This document shows, piece after piece, positions 35,124-47,220 of a DNA stretch of 64,000 nucleotides. Within the stretch, counting starts at the first letter, position 1. Every line of letters begins with the position of its first letter. The notes beneath the pieces were generated by a model. That model was not told the DNA's origin. It ran no database searches and saw only the letters and a list, made by a program, of their open reading frames with translations. Source of the DNA: Macrostomum hystrix (lineage: Eukaryota; Animalia; Platyhelminthes). A program made the translations under genes and the position numbers. The stretch lies in assembly GCA_950097015.1 (NCBI GenBank), contig CATNEN010000030.1, forward strand, positions 2,294,001 to 2,358,000. Reading direction: 5' to 3'.

Positions 35124-35621
35124 ATGATCGCCAATCTCAGATGCTCTCTGGCACTGCCAATCCTTTTCGTGGGCTGCCTCCTGCTCACCTGTGTGTCGGC
35201 TGATGCCGACGAAATTAATATGAATTCTGAGCCTATGGTTATCTGCGATGGCGTGCGGACATGGAACCTGACCAATCAGCGCGTCTCGGCCTTTAATCCG
35301 TGGTGGGGCCGGCTCAGCGGGGCCGTGTCTTTCAAGGAGGTCGTGCGTCAGCGGGATGAGCCTTTCACTGAGGTCTGGCGTCATGTGAAAGGTGAACGCA
35401 ATTGTGAACGATTTGGCGATGTGGACATCTTTGTTGACATCACGTGGTACCAAGTGGTTGCAGACAGCGAGTTCCATGTTAAATATCAAGATCTTGGTGG
35501 CAGTTTATCTATTTATGGACATCTTACTCTTGGCCGTAATTTCATTCAGTCAGGGCGCCTGACTTACGAATACAATGCAACTTTAAGCGACTGGTGCAAC
35601 TCGACCACAAGCTCGGTCTAA
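35124..35621 (+). CDS. Orphan secreted protein, 165 aa, single coding exon
   Basis: Acceptor TTTCACAG at 35113-35120 just before ATG; hydrophobic signal peptide (..LPILFVGCLLLTCVSA); GC-richer, codon-like composition against AT-rich flanks; three N-x-S/T sequons; AATAAA at 35673. Confidence 0.7.
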   Translation: MIANLRCSLALPILFVGCLLLTCVSADADEINMNSEPMVICDGVRTWNLTNQRVSAFNPWWGRLSGAVSFKEVVRQRDEPFTEVWRHVKGERNCERFGDVDIFVDITWYQVVADSEFHVKYQDLGGSLSIYGHLTLGRNFIQSGRLTYEYNATLSDWCNSTTSSV

Positions 35622-35758
35622 AATTAACTGACGACAGTACTTTGTCCAGTTGTTGAAATTTATTTATTCTGAAATAAAAGTGGATGGCCACTTTTGCCCA
35701 AAAAATTACTTAATCTGGATTTAAATGATCTCGAAATATGAACTGGCGATGCCATTAA

Positions 35759-36130
35759 CAGTAGAAAGACGGCTATTTCAAATACCACTGCCTACTTCAT
35801 GATAGCTACGAAAACGAATGACCGATTTTCGTGATGAAAGTCCACCAATTTGGGTAAAAAATTGAACTAACTTTCAAAGCCGTCCGATGTCAGCATCGTC
35901 ATATACGTTATGTACATATTTTTCGTTTTGACACCAGACACCACGACAAGAATCGTTGAATATCTCGACAATACCGATGTTTTTTTATTCTGTCGTTTCA
36001 TCGGATTGAGCGGAAAATTTTAGTCCGGGTGTTCTGGACTTTCATGGTGATTGGATGAATATTTTTGGGCGATACAGAAAAAAAGAAATATATGCATGGG
36101 TATTTGAAATACCCCGTTGTCTTTCTACTG
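35759..36130 (+). mobile_element. MITE with TTAA target duplication
   Basis: TTAA|CAGTAGAAAGAC..TATTTCAAATACC ... GGTATTTGAAATA..GTCTTTCTACTG|TTAA. Confidence 0.8.
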
Positions 36131-36544
36131 TTAATATTAACCACGAGCAGATGTGGGATCTATACGTTGATCAAATAAACAATATCCTTACAGTGCAGTG
36201 AGCAAATCAATGTAGATCTCCATAACTCTAATTGTCGTGATGCGCTTTGACCAAATAAATTTTCATTTTTTCATGACTTGTTGTCGTATGTAATCTACTT
36301 CATATAAATAAGCGGCTATGATTGTTAAACTCAGTTCCGTGTCCTGTGCTAACTAATAAGTTTGTGAAAATAAATTGTCCCCATGCAAGCTTCTACCCTT
36401 GTGAACTGAAGCACTATGGAATATCCTTTCTCAAGCACACTTGAGCTAAGTTTCGAACTAATGACCTCTCAAATGCATGTCATAAATATTTGAATCTTCA
36501 TATTATAGTCAATAGTTAGCCTGTTAAAAAGTTCTAACATTCAT

Positions 36545-38128
36545 TCCTTCGTAGGACACGCGATTTGTCCGTTTTGGGCTGCTGTGCCTCATTCTCATCG
36601 GCATCTGGCTTATGGAGTTTACCTGCGGCGCCCATGCTCAATCTCTGGAAGAGACTGAGGAATACAATTGGGTTCGGTTATGCGACGGCAGACAGATATG
36701 GCAGATTGTGGAGCAGCAGTTGCTCACCTACAGCGTGAATCCGGGCAGCTTGTTCTTTCGCCTCTGCTTCCAGGAGATTTTCTCCTCCGGCCCGTGGGAC
36801 ATGGTTCGCTGGAGGTGCGTAGAACAGGTGCGTGACAACGCGCACTACGGTCTTGCCAATAGAAACATCCGCTGCTGACAGGCCTAGGCAGCGCAGCCGG
36901 GATCCGTCGACAGCAGTCGGCAGCGCACCGATGTCGGTGCAGTCGATCTTGCACGGCAATCTGTCGAACAGTGACTTATCCATCAACGAAACTTGCGCGC
37001 CGGTGTCGAGCAGAGCGGGCGCTGACACGCTGCCAAAGTGCACCTTCACGAAGACTGAAGGCGCTGATCTAAGGGCCCCTTTTGAGCGGGTCGGTGCTGG
37101 CCCCAGGCTGCCGACCCTCAGAAGTTTCCCTGCGGCTGTCCAGTTGGTGTCGGGCACACCGCGGCGGAGTGACCTTTGCCTGAGCACCGGCTGCAGCGGA
37201 TGCCGGTCGCCTTTGGGCACCGCCTAGCGATGTGACCCAGCTCGCCGCAGCTGAAGCACTTAATGGGTCCCTTCTGACGCCTGTCTCTTCCGGGTGGTCC
37301 CGCTCGCACGCTGGCTGTCAGCTGCTGCATCTGCTGCTCCAGCTGGCTCAGCCGTCTGTCTTCCACTGACACCGCAGCTGATGAGGCTGTAGTCGCGTGG
37401 CTCACCAGCTCAAGCCGCGCAGCTCTGTCGACGATGGCGGCCAGCGAACACGAGTCCACGTCCTGGTCCTTCAACAGCGCATCTCGCACGGCAGATGGCA
37501 GGAGGCGCATCAGTCGAAACTTTACGTCCTTTCCCGAGCCGCCACGGAGTCGTCCGGGCGGGCCCGAAGGTGGAGAAGCTTCAGGCTGTAGGCCAGCTCC
37601 CTCAGCGACTCGTTAGGCTGTCGCTTACGCTCTTCGAAGTCCTCCATTGCTCTGTAGCAGCTTAGACTGTTGCCAAAGCACTCGATCAGCTTCTCCTTCA
37701 GCTTTTCATAGCTGGCTGACACGTCTTCTGGCTGCTCCCAGACAAAGATTTGTGCTTCTCCTGTCACCAGCAGTCTCAGCTTCTTTGACTTCTTCTTGTC
37801 GTCCCATTCGCAGTCGTCGGCGAAGTCCTCAAACGTGCTGAGCCACGTTCTCACGTTGGAGTCGCCGCTAAACTTTGAAGGCAATAGACTGGCTTGCTCT
37901 GATTTGGCCATAGTGAGACCGCTGCCACCAGTGTAAGACCGTGGGTTAAGTTGTAGAACATAACAATCACGCACGGAGCCCTCACTGGCTCACGCAAATA
38001 TATTTAACGGCAAAGTTGGGGTGGGTGCAACCACCCTAAGCGAACGCACGCTGCAGCGCTAAACCCCCCACCCCAAACAAGCCGCGCGTGCACATCTAAG
38101 TGCACGCGCACCAACAAGCCAGACTACA
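36545..38128 (-). mobile_element. Truncated Ty3/gypsy-type LTR retrotransposon: 5' LTR, PBS, gag, partial protease, decayed integrase fragment
   Basis: LTR 38128-37932 (TGTAGT...CTTACA); PBS TGGTGGCAGCGGT 37930-37918, complementary to the tRNA-Leu(AAG/UAG) 3' end ACCGCTGCCACCA. Gag ATG at 37911 with two CCHC knuckles (CFSCGELGHIARRC, CSRCSGKGHSAAVC) and a 1-nt frameshift near 37530; protease LLDTGAQVSLM in the -1 frame. No RT/RNase H or 3' LTR seen. Confidence 0.92.
37088..37130 (-). promoter_or_regulatory. -1 programmed ribosomal frameshift signal (gag-pol)
   Basis: Slippery heptamer G GGA AAC (37130-37124) in the gag frame just before the TGA stop, a 6-nt spacer, then hairpin GGGTCGG...CCGACCC. 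The -1 frame is open into the protease. Confidence 0.85.
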
Positions 38129-39472
38129 CTATTTTAATCAGTATAGGCCTGTATAGTTGTCATACGAGTGAAAGTAACAAAACTATCTATAGGAACAACT
38201 GGCAATTAGCCATAAATATACAGAAAGATAAGCCAAATGAAAAAAGCTTGAGAGTTAATTTCTCAAGCACAAGCTGCCAAAGCAGCCCACGCAATCGGGC
38301 GCACACATGCGCAAGCAATCAATATGCAAGAATTGAATTAATTGTAACTGAAATCAATATATTATATATGCACCAACTTATTAAGACTTCGATGATATCA
38401 GCGTGATAGAAATGCAGCATTAAAAACTGCAGCATAATATAAAATAGCAAAATAAAAATTATTGCAATTAGAAGAATTGATTTTCTCCCACGAAAAGGTC
38501 GAAAACAACGAAAAGATCGCCATAATAATAGCAATATTGTCTACTGATGAACCACTGCAATGGCATACGCACGCAACGTGCATAACGGTCCCGCGAAACA
38601 AGCGCATCGGAATGAAGAAAACCATAGAAACAAGAGACAAAGGCTACGCAACCGTCTTGAAGCCAGCTGAGGCAGCCGATACTCTGTCTTCATCATTTAT
38701 CTATGTTTAGTCGGGCACTCACGAACCATATGGTTGTTTCCCAGGTGAGTGGGAGTGGGATTCAAACACAGCCGAGTGGGATTCAAATACAGCGCATAGC
38801 GTGGCAGTGCAGATTGCTCTGCTTCACAACTTTGGTCCAGGTTTTAATTTTTTTAATTTAATTTTGTCTTTGTATGTTGGAAGTGGCTATTCGCACGGCA
38901 GTCCGGAAATACAAAAACCAATAATTCACCATGAGGAAGCTTGCCGCGGGTTGGCGAACACGTATAATTTTATCATCTAACCATGCAGAAAATTATCAAA
39001 TAGTTTTTATTCATAAGAAAAATATACAAGCATCGCAGTTTACATTTTGGATTTGTTATAACCCGTTTCATCATTTCCTGGAAATGCACTACGAGATAGG
39101 AGATTCTGTCGTACGAATAGGGCCACTTATATCGCCAGATCCCACCTTGTATGCTTAGTTTCTTGGCTACCAAATAATTCTCGTGATCGACGTGTTGCTA
39201 ATTTTTTCGCGCAATTGTAAATCTACAATTGTCATAAAACGAATAATACAACCACTAGCGAAATTTTCCTAATATTTAAATAAATCAGCATTGGCTAAAC
39301 AGGCGACTTGCCTGAGCCAAAAGTACTAGGGTAATGTATCATCAAGTTCATCAACCAAACAGTGTATCTTCAAAACCGAACAAGAATTTTGACTCCTTCC
39401 TTGGTCTTGTGCAAGACAGAAACAAGCTATTGTATTTCACAGAACAACTATTTTGAATGTCAATAAAATTAT

Positions 39473-39912
39473 GGTAGTTGTTATTTGTCCAGTTAACCAG
39501 ACAAATAGCCATTTGGTTATTTGTCCGGTTAACCGAGGTTGTAGGGGTTGTAGCGCTACCACGAGAACCTCTATCATTTGTAAGATAAAATAATTAACAA
39601 GCTGCAAAAGGACAGTCATTCAGATTTGAAGTTTGTGTCTCAAATTATTTTCGCTTATCAGCTAATTAAAAAAATTAAAACCTTTTCCAGAAATTCGGTT
39701 GTTTCAGGGACTAACTTAGTTCAAGGGTATAGTTTGGTCTTTGTGAGGTCAAGACTCAAGATGGCTATTAGCAGGGCAAGAGTGGTCTTTGGGAGGATCG
39801 TTGCTCCTGCTCATTGAAAGGGGAGAAATTAAGTTCTTGGGTGGTTAACCGGTTAACCGGACAAATAACCAAATGGCTATTTGTCCGGTTAACCGGACAA
39901 ATAACAACTACC
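39473..39912. mobile_element. MITE with 9-bp TSD (MULE- or Merlin-like)
   Basis: TIRs of ~60 bp starting GGTAGTTGTTATTTGTCC and containing CCGGTTAACCGG palindromes; TSD TAAAATTAT at 39464-39472 and 39913-39921. Confidence 0.88.
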
Positions 39913-41469
39913 TAAAATTATTTACAAGCTAAGGCATGACATGCAATGAAGCATTAAAAGGAAAGAAAGATATGGATGTTTCAGTATAAATTTTTATCAC
40001 AAAAGCATACTTTTTAACAGCATTTTTTCAGCATGTACTTTAGACTAAGATTGTATGTGGTTGCTTTCCAATTAAATTTACCATAAATGTAGTTATTTAT
40101 AGAGCATGAAAAATGCTTTCAAATGACATAATTCATGATAGATCACTCCTTAAAATAAGATTAAACCACTCACTCAAATTTTAAAACTGAACATCAAATT
40201 CTCTGTTTGGTTTTGTAACAGTTAGGCCTAGCCACTTTATAAATATGTTCTTTCTATTATAAAAATTGTAAAAATAAATAAAATCAAAAATGTGCCAAAA
40301 AATAATTTTTGTTTATCTTTGTATCGTATTGAAAGTAATGCTTATGTAAATAATTTTGTTTTAATACTGTATCCTGTAAATAATACTTTGTAAAATTTTA
40401 TCGTTTTAACAAAATGTCAATTTGCTCTGTATAAATAGCCGCGAGTTTTGACCAGGAAAAAATAAAAAGAGAGAGGGAGCTAAACAAACCAGAGTGTTAA
40501 AGAGTCTAAAGTGTCTCCGAAGTTTTCTTGTAAGAAGTTGAAGTTAAAGACAAGTGTTCTAAGGTGTTTTCAAGAGTTTAAAGAGTGAGTTTAAAGTGAG
40601 ATAATTTGAAGTGTGTAAAGAGTTGAAATTGAAGAAGTTTTAGTGTGTTTGTAAAAAGAGTTTTTAAGTGTGTTAAAAAGCAAATTTCCGAAGGTATTGC
40701 ATTGTGTTATTCATTTTAAGAAGAGATAGCAGTGAGAGATATAATCAGACTCATACTCAGAAATTATACTAAGAATATTACAGAAGGGAAACTGCTAAAC
40801 TCTAATCTCGGGGACGCCTAATTGACTGGAAACGTGTACAGTTGCCTAGTTACCGCTCGTGCATATATAAACGCTACCATTTGAGAAGCTAAAACGGCAC
40901 ATTAAAGGACCGCTATTAAAAATTATCTATTAGTTGAGTCAACAGCAGTGGAATTATTAAAATAGCCCAAGAACAACTTTGGTGGCATTCAGTAGAATTA
41001 AGTAAAAAGAAGTAAAGCCCTAGTACAGTTTGAAGATACATGAAAATAATCGTTTAGTTTTAGATGAAAAACATGAATAACTTTTTCTATTCAACAAAAT
41101 TGCAAAAGCAGATATTTAGAAAGACAAAACAGTTTTCTATAACATGGCTTTTGATTTATCATGATATCTTAAATAGAAAATCTGTAGCTTAGGTTTAAAG
41201 TTAAAAAAATGCAAATTCTTGTTCGGTTGATGACACATTACCCTACTACTACTACTACTACTACTTGACATCTGGTGGTTCTAATATAATGCACATGGAT
41301 AGCTCTCTGCAGGCGGAGAACTCCGCTTCTGAGTTTTCATTTATATTTGTATGTGTATTAAGGCTTTTTGAACTTTTTTCCACATTTTCTTTATTCTAAT
41401 ATAGGACACCTCTGTTAAAATAGTATATAGGCTAAAGCCTTTTTGTGCTTTTTGAACTTAGCACTGGAT

Positions 41470-41935
41470 CCTAAACACTTCGTCATTTTACAACTTAGTC
41501 ATCTTAAAACTTGGTCATCCACTTGGAAGGTAGGACACTTCATCATCCAGCCAATTGGCATGCTTTAAAGTTTGGTCAGTTCGTCATCTACTCATAATTC
41601 AAGCAATCAAGTTTGTCATCAATAAAGTGAGGGTGGGTGGTGGGGCAGAGGTGTGAACACACTTCACACTCTCAATTGTCAAAAAGAGGTATCAAAACTG
41701 ATTTCATTATAAGAGTTGAAAGATAGGTGCCAACACAATGTGAGAAGGGGTAGGGAGGGTGGTTCTGTTCTAACTTTGAAAACTTTTGTTTTATAGAACA
41801 AAAGTTGAAAATTGAAAAATTTACTTGTGACAAAGTGTCCACAAGTCTAAGTCTCTTCATCATCCACCCTCTGAGATATTGGACAGATCGTCATCTGGAT
41901 GACAAAGTTGTAAGATGATGAAATGTCCATGTACC
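41470..41935. mobile_element. Old MITE-like element with degenerate inverted ends
   Basis: ACACTTCGTCATTTTACAACTTAGTCATC on the left versus the reverse complement ACATTTCATCATCTTACAACTTTGTCATC on the right; no TSD found. Confidence 0.45.
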
Positions 41936-44436
41936 TTAGCACCAATGCCAATGTAGGGCCTATATTATTATATAAAAAAAATACTTCAGTTTTTTAATTG
42001 ACTTCAATTTCAAACTTTAGCCTTACTATCTGTTTTAGCTTAACTGTAATTAAAAAATGGATATTTAAAATAATTGGTGCAACTATAAGTTTGATCAATA
42101 ATTTTATGAAATATTAAATAAAACTTGCCAGAATTTACCTTATTTTATGATGAATAACTATTTATAAATTAACAAAAAAGCATGAGCTTCATTGCAAGAA
42201 TCTAGTTGTAGCCATTGCCATCCTTGTCATGGTGTCTGATTCCTATATGTAAGGATAGGCCAAGGCCTACTCACAATTCACAAAAGCCCTTAAGCTTTGG
42301 TCCACCCTATTGGAAAAAAATTGGAAATTTTAGGCCTTGTTGTTGTTGTACACTGCCATGATCTAGACTATGGGGCAGAATCAATGTCACCTATGTGGCT
42401 CAGGTGTTTCCTAAGGTAAAGAAGTACACCTGTCAGAGAAGACTTATTTCATTCCCTAGGCCAGCAGCCAGCACCAGCAGAAGTAGTGTAGCAGTAGGTA
42501 GTACAGTAGTATAGCTTTAGCCTACAGCAATGCATCAGCTGCCTGCAGCAGTATGTTAGCAGCCAGCTGTGCTAGCAGAGCAGTATCCATTGCAATGTAT
42601 CAACAGCAATGCAGTTGTAGGGCCTACTCATTTTTTGTCATTTTAACTGGCATCATTTCTATCTGTCAGTTGTACTGCAACTGCACTGCTGTTGATGCAT
42701 TGCAATCTTATAAATCTTGTAAGTCTAGTGGTAAACTATAAAAAGTAGCCTATAAAGCTATAGAATGCTTTTATTTTGAATATATGAGTTAAAATATTAA
42801 TATAAATATTACTTAGTAAGCTAATTAGCTACAAGTGACTATCAAACAGTATATGTATTAGTGCCTTATTAAAAACTGATCACTATTCACCAAAGACTAC
42901 CATTCCTCATTGTTTAAGTCAATTATTGCTGATGTGATTACAAACAAGTCATTTGTATCAGTTTAATATAATACAATATCTTTAGTTTAAGCCTAGTTGT
43001 TAGTGGTTTTCTAGATAGGACTTCTGACCAAGAAGTAATTAATTTGTATGTTAGCACAGGGGAGACAGTGTCTTTAATGGAGCAATTTAATTTTTTTTTA
43101 CAATTTAAAAAAAAAATTGAAAATTCAAAGCTGTGGACACTCCTGCTAGGCAGGTGCGCAGTTGGTTTCAAGAAAAAGAGCGCAAATGCGCAATTGCTTT
43201 ACAGTCTAAATATCTTCAGTCCGACTCAACATTGTGATTGATTTTACAAAATAATGTTGTTCAAAAGACCTTTTTTGATCTCCGTAGTGCATTTATAAAA
43301 ATAGATGTGGTGATTTCACAAAAATACGGACAAATCTACCAAATTACATTTTTTTGATCTCCATAGTGTATTTTGCTAATTATAACAGCTAAGGTTGTCT
43401 TTTCACACTCGGAGCATGTAGTCATGTTTGAGAATAAGTGTGCCCCTCCATCAAAAAATTTCTGTAACTGTGCCTGGCTAGAATCGCACCTAATGTACAT
43501 GTAAGTTTATTTTAATATGTAATTGTATACCTAAGTACACAATAGCTTGGATGTACGGCACAGGTGCACACTGCTATACCATGTGCACCTACATGTACAT
43601 TTAAATGTATTTTATAATGTGTCATAATGTACATATATTTCAATGCACAAGGTGCGAGTACAGAGGCACTGGCATTCACTACTAGCATTGCATCTACACG
43701 TACTTGTACATGTAAATGTATTACAAATTACAAATTTATAAAGAACACAAGACGTTAGTGTAGGGGCACAAGGGTGCATTGTTTGTTATACATCTACATA
43801 CTTATGACAACTTTACGCACACAAGGCGTGGCTGCGTGGACAGAAATTTCTTTCTGTGTAGCCGCGCAGGCAATTTTACACAAGCGCGCTGGACACTGTC
43901 CGCAAAAAGCCCTATTGGCTCCAATAGGGGTCAAGGCTAGAAATTTCAATGAAAAAGCACTTTCTTGACTTTAGAGTGACTATGGCTAAATATTTAAGAA
44001 CCATAGAAGAATGAATAAATATATGTAGGTACTTGTAGTTTGCAATGCTCTAACCTTTAGCACATCCTTTTGGATACTATTAAACAACTAACATAAAGCA
44101 TAATGTAATAGACACTAATGACCCAACAGTTCAAATCTATGCTATATATTATAGGTATAGACAACACCAATAAATTCTAGCCTAAATGGTTTTACACATT
44201 CAAAGAAATTTTTTTTGTGTAATATATACTTTTATATAATTTGTAGAATACAATGTATGTATGTACAGTGTACTTGTATGTACAGTGTACTTCATTCCAG
44301 ACTGTACATATAAGATATAGCAAAAGTATGAATGGCTGCTTTGTTATTTATGGCTTTTATATCAGTTACTTTATAAATTTCAGGCAACTTGCACCTTCCA
44401 CTTTCATGTTTTAGCAATCAACTGTCATTTACAATC

Positions 44437-45842
44437 ATGACATCAGTGGCACACTCAGATGAAGCTGCTACTACTCCTGCTGTCGCCGACATTGTCAGGG
44501 AGTCTAAACTGCCAAAAGACAGTCGCATTGAGCTGGGCGACATCACTCAACACAATATTAGACAACTGCGTATTATTAACCAGGTGTGCTTTGAGGAACA
44601 CTTTCTGACAGTCTTCTGACAGACATCCAGATTGATGGATAGAAGTTATGCCTAGCTAAGCTGGGCCAGATTTCAGCCACTGGTACAGCCGCATCTATCC
44701 TCATTTCTATTCTAGCTGAGTATTAGTACTCAATTTACAGCTGAATGATTCAAAGAGAAATTGTCCCCCTCAAGATGCGATTGCTATTCCCGACCTCTCG
44801 GTAAAAACTCAAAAGCTCTGTATGCTCTCACCAATAGGCAACAGACTCCCATATTTTAAGACTATTCAGTAAAACATTAAACTAAATTAGTTGTTTGTTA
44901 ACAGTAAATTTTCCAAGGGGAGATTTGACACTACTTCGTGACATTTCGTGACGAAACTCAAGAACACCTTTTTGTTGGGCCATCTTCTGACACAATAATC
45001 AAGTCGCCAGCCCTTCAGACCGTCGATTTTTGCCATAAGAGCTAGTGTTTCTTACGCCTATACACGAAATTGCACTGCACCTCAGTGCGGCCTTGCCAGG
45101 ACTTCAAACTTTATCAGCGTGTCACCCGAATGAGCCTGCACCATCTCCGACTTTGATGGTCAGCAAACTATATCTAGACGGAGCTGCTGGACCTTCAACA
45201 AGAAGTAGTTGAGTGTAGCCGAATATTGAGGCTTGATCGGCGATAGTAGAGTAATTCTATTGAAAGAGAAACTAGATTATTGTTTCAGAAGATGCGCAGC
45301 CAAAAAAGTTGGTCCGTGTTTTTCAGTTTCGTGTGCTTGTATTGCTCGGTTCGGGTGCAGCAAAAGTTGTTGTCAGGGGCTCCCCTTGGCATAAAAACGG
45401 GAAAATCTCGTAGGAAAATTCACCTGCTGGTCTCAATTCACAGGTGGTCTTTCCAGTGTCCTACACCGACAAATTCTATGACGACATTCTGGAAAACAGC
45501 GAACTGGGCCGTCTGGCCTACTTCAATGACATTGTTGTTGGCGCAGTCTGCTGCCGCATCCAGTCGGAGGCCGGCCAGAGGCGCCTGTACATCATGACGC
45601 TGGGCTGCTTGGCACCCTATCGTCAGATGGGCGTCGGTACTAAGCTGCTAGAATACGTGTTCGAGATCTGCAATCGGGACAAGAATATCGACAATATTTT
45701 CCTGCACGTCCAGACTAGCAACGACGGAGCCCTGTCATTCTACCGCAAATTCGGCTTTGATGTAGTTGACACAGTGGAGAATTATTACAAGCGTATTGTG
45801 CCGCCAGATGCTTACGTGCTGCAGAAGAACCTGCGAGCCTAG
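44437..45842 (+). CDS. NAA50: N-alpha-acetyltransferase 50 (NatE catalytic subunit, San), 2 coding exons, ~181 aa
   Basis: Exons 44437-44583 (..SRIELGDITQHNIRQLRIINQ) and 45444-45842 (VVFPVSYTDKFY..AYFNDIVVGAVCCR..LYIMTLGCLAPYRQMGVGT..LHVQTSN..FYRKFGF..NYYKRIVPPDAYVLQKNL); phase-0 intron. Confidence 0.98.
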
Positions 45843-46399
45843 AAAGCATAGCAACTAGGCGCTAATTAGGTGGAATTAGGGGGATTTCTATAGCTAGACT
45901 GCACATTTGGGATTTTGATACTGTGACTACAATGTGTTTATTGTTTGGGCCAATGACAAGCCGAAAAGTACACTTGGAACAGTCGATAGTCATTTCTTCT
46001 TGCTGTCTAAGGGCTCATTTAGTTTGGTTTGATAATAAGTTAAAATTATTTATTATGTTTAACGAGAGGTCAAAAGCGAACGTGCTGTCCCCCAGTCCGT
46101 CTGTCTCCCTTAGCTTCAATTCTGTGGCCTGATTCGGTTGCCTATCCTATCTTTTTTATATTCCCTTTGCTGGCAAAGTATAACTTTCGCATTATAATAC
46201 TGCGCTTGCTCTAGTTACTTTTTTAATGAATACGTCAGTCTTGTTTGTGTCTGATTTAGTTATTTCAATTCGATCTTCACAGGGCTCTTTTATTCAGCTT
46301 AGTGAGTAGCATTCTTTATTAGTCTGTTAAATATTAGATATTCATCAACAGTTAATCCCGCTCTAAAATCCCCATTCCAAATTACGAGTACTTCTCCAG

Positions 46400-47220
46400 G
46401 ATCCCCATTCCTACTCTTCTAAGATCCCCATTCCTACTCTTCTAAGATCCTCATTCCTACTCTTCTAAGATCCTTATTCCTACTCTTCTAAGATCCCCAT
46501 TCCTACTCTTCTAAGATCCTCATTCCTACTCTTCTAAGATCCTCATTCCTACTCTTCTGAGATCCTCATTCCTACACTTCTAAGATCCTTATTCCTACTC
46601 TTCTAAGATCCCCATTCCTACTCTTCTTAAATCCCCATTCCTACTCATCTAAGATCCTCATTCCTACTGTTCTAAGATCCTCATTCCTACACTTCTAAGA
46701 TCCTTATTCCTACTCTTCTAAGATCCTCATTCCTACTCTTCTAAGATCCTCATTCCTACTCTTCTAAGATTCTCATTCCTACTCTTCTAAGATCCTCATT
46801 CCTACTCTTCTAAGATACTCATTCCTACTCTTCTTAGATCCTCATTCCTACTCTTCTAAGATCCTCATTCCTACTCTTCTAAGATCCTCATTCCTACTCT
46901 TCTAAGATTCTCATTCCTACTCTTCTAAGATCCTCATTCCTACTCTTCTAAGATACTCATTCCTACTCTTCTTAGATCCTCATTCCTACTCTTCTAAGAT
47001 CCTCATTCCTACTCTTCTATGATCCTCATTCCTACTCTTCTAAGATTCTCATTCCAACAATTTAATTGTCATTCCTACTCTTCTGAGATCCTCATTCCTA
47101 CTCTTCTGAGATCCTCATTCCTACTCTTCTTAGATCCTCATTCCTACTCTTCTAAGATCCTCATTCCTACTCTTCTAAGATTCTCATTCCAACAATTTAA
47201 TTGTCATTCCTACACTTGAT
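46400..47220. repeat. 23-bp tandem repeat, ~35 copies, between NAA50 and INTS2
   Basis: Unit ATCCTCATTCCTACTCTTCTAAG; degenerates further to ~47340. Confidence 0.96.

Noticed and set aside
44913-45389. MITE in the NAA50 intron (CCAAGGGGAG...CTCCCCTTGG)
   Set aside because: There is only a 10-bp inverted match plus TGACA, and I found no TSD or second copy.
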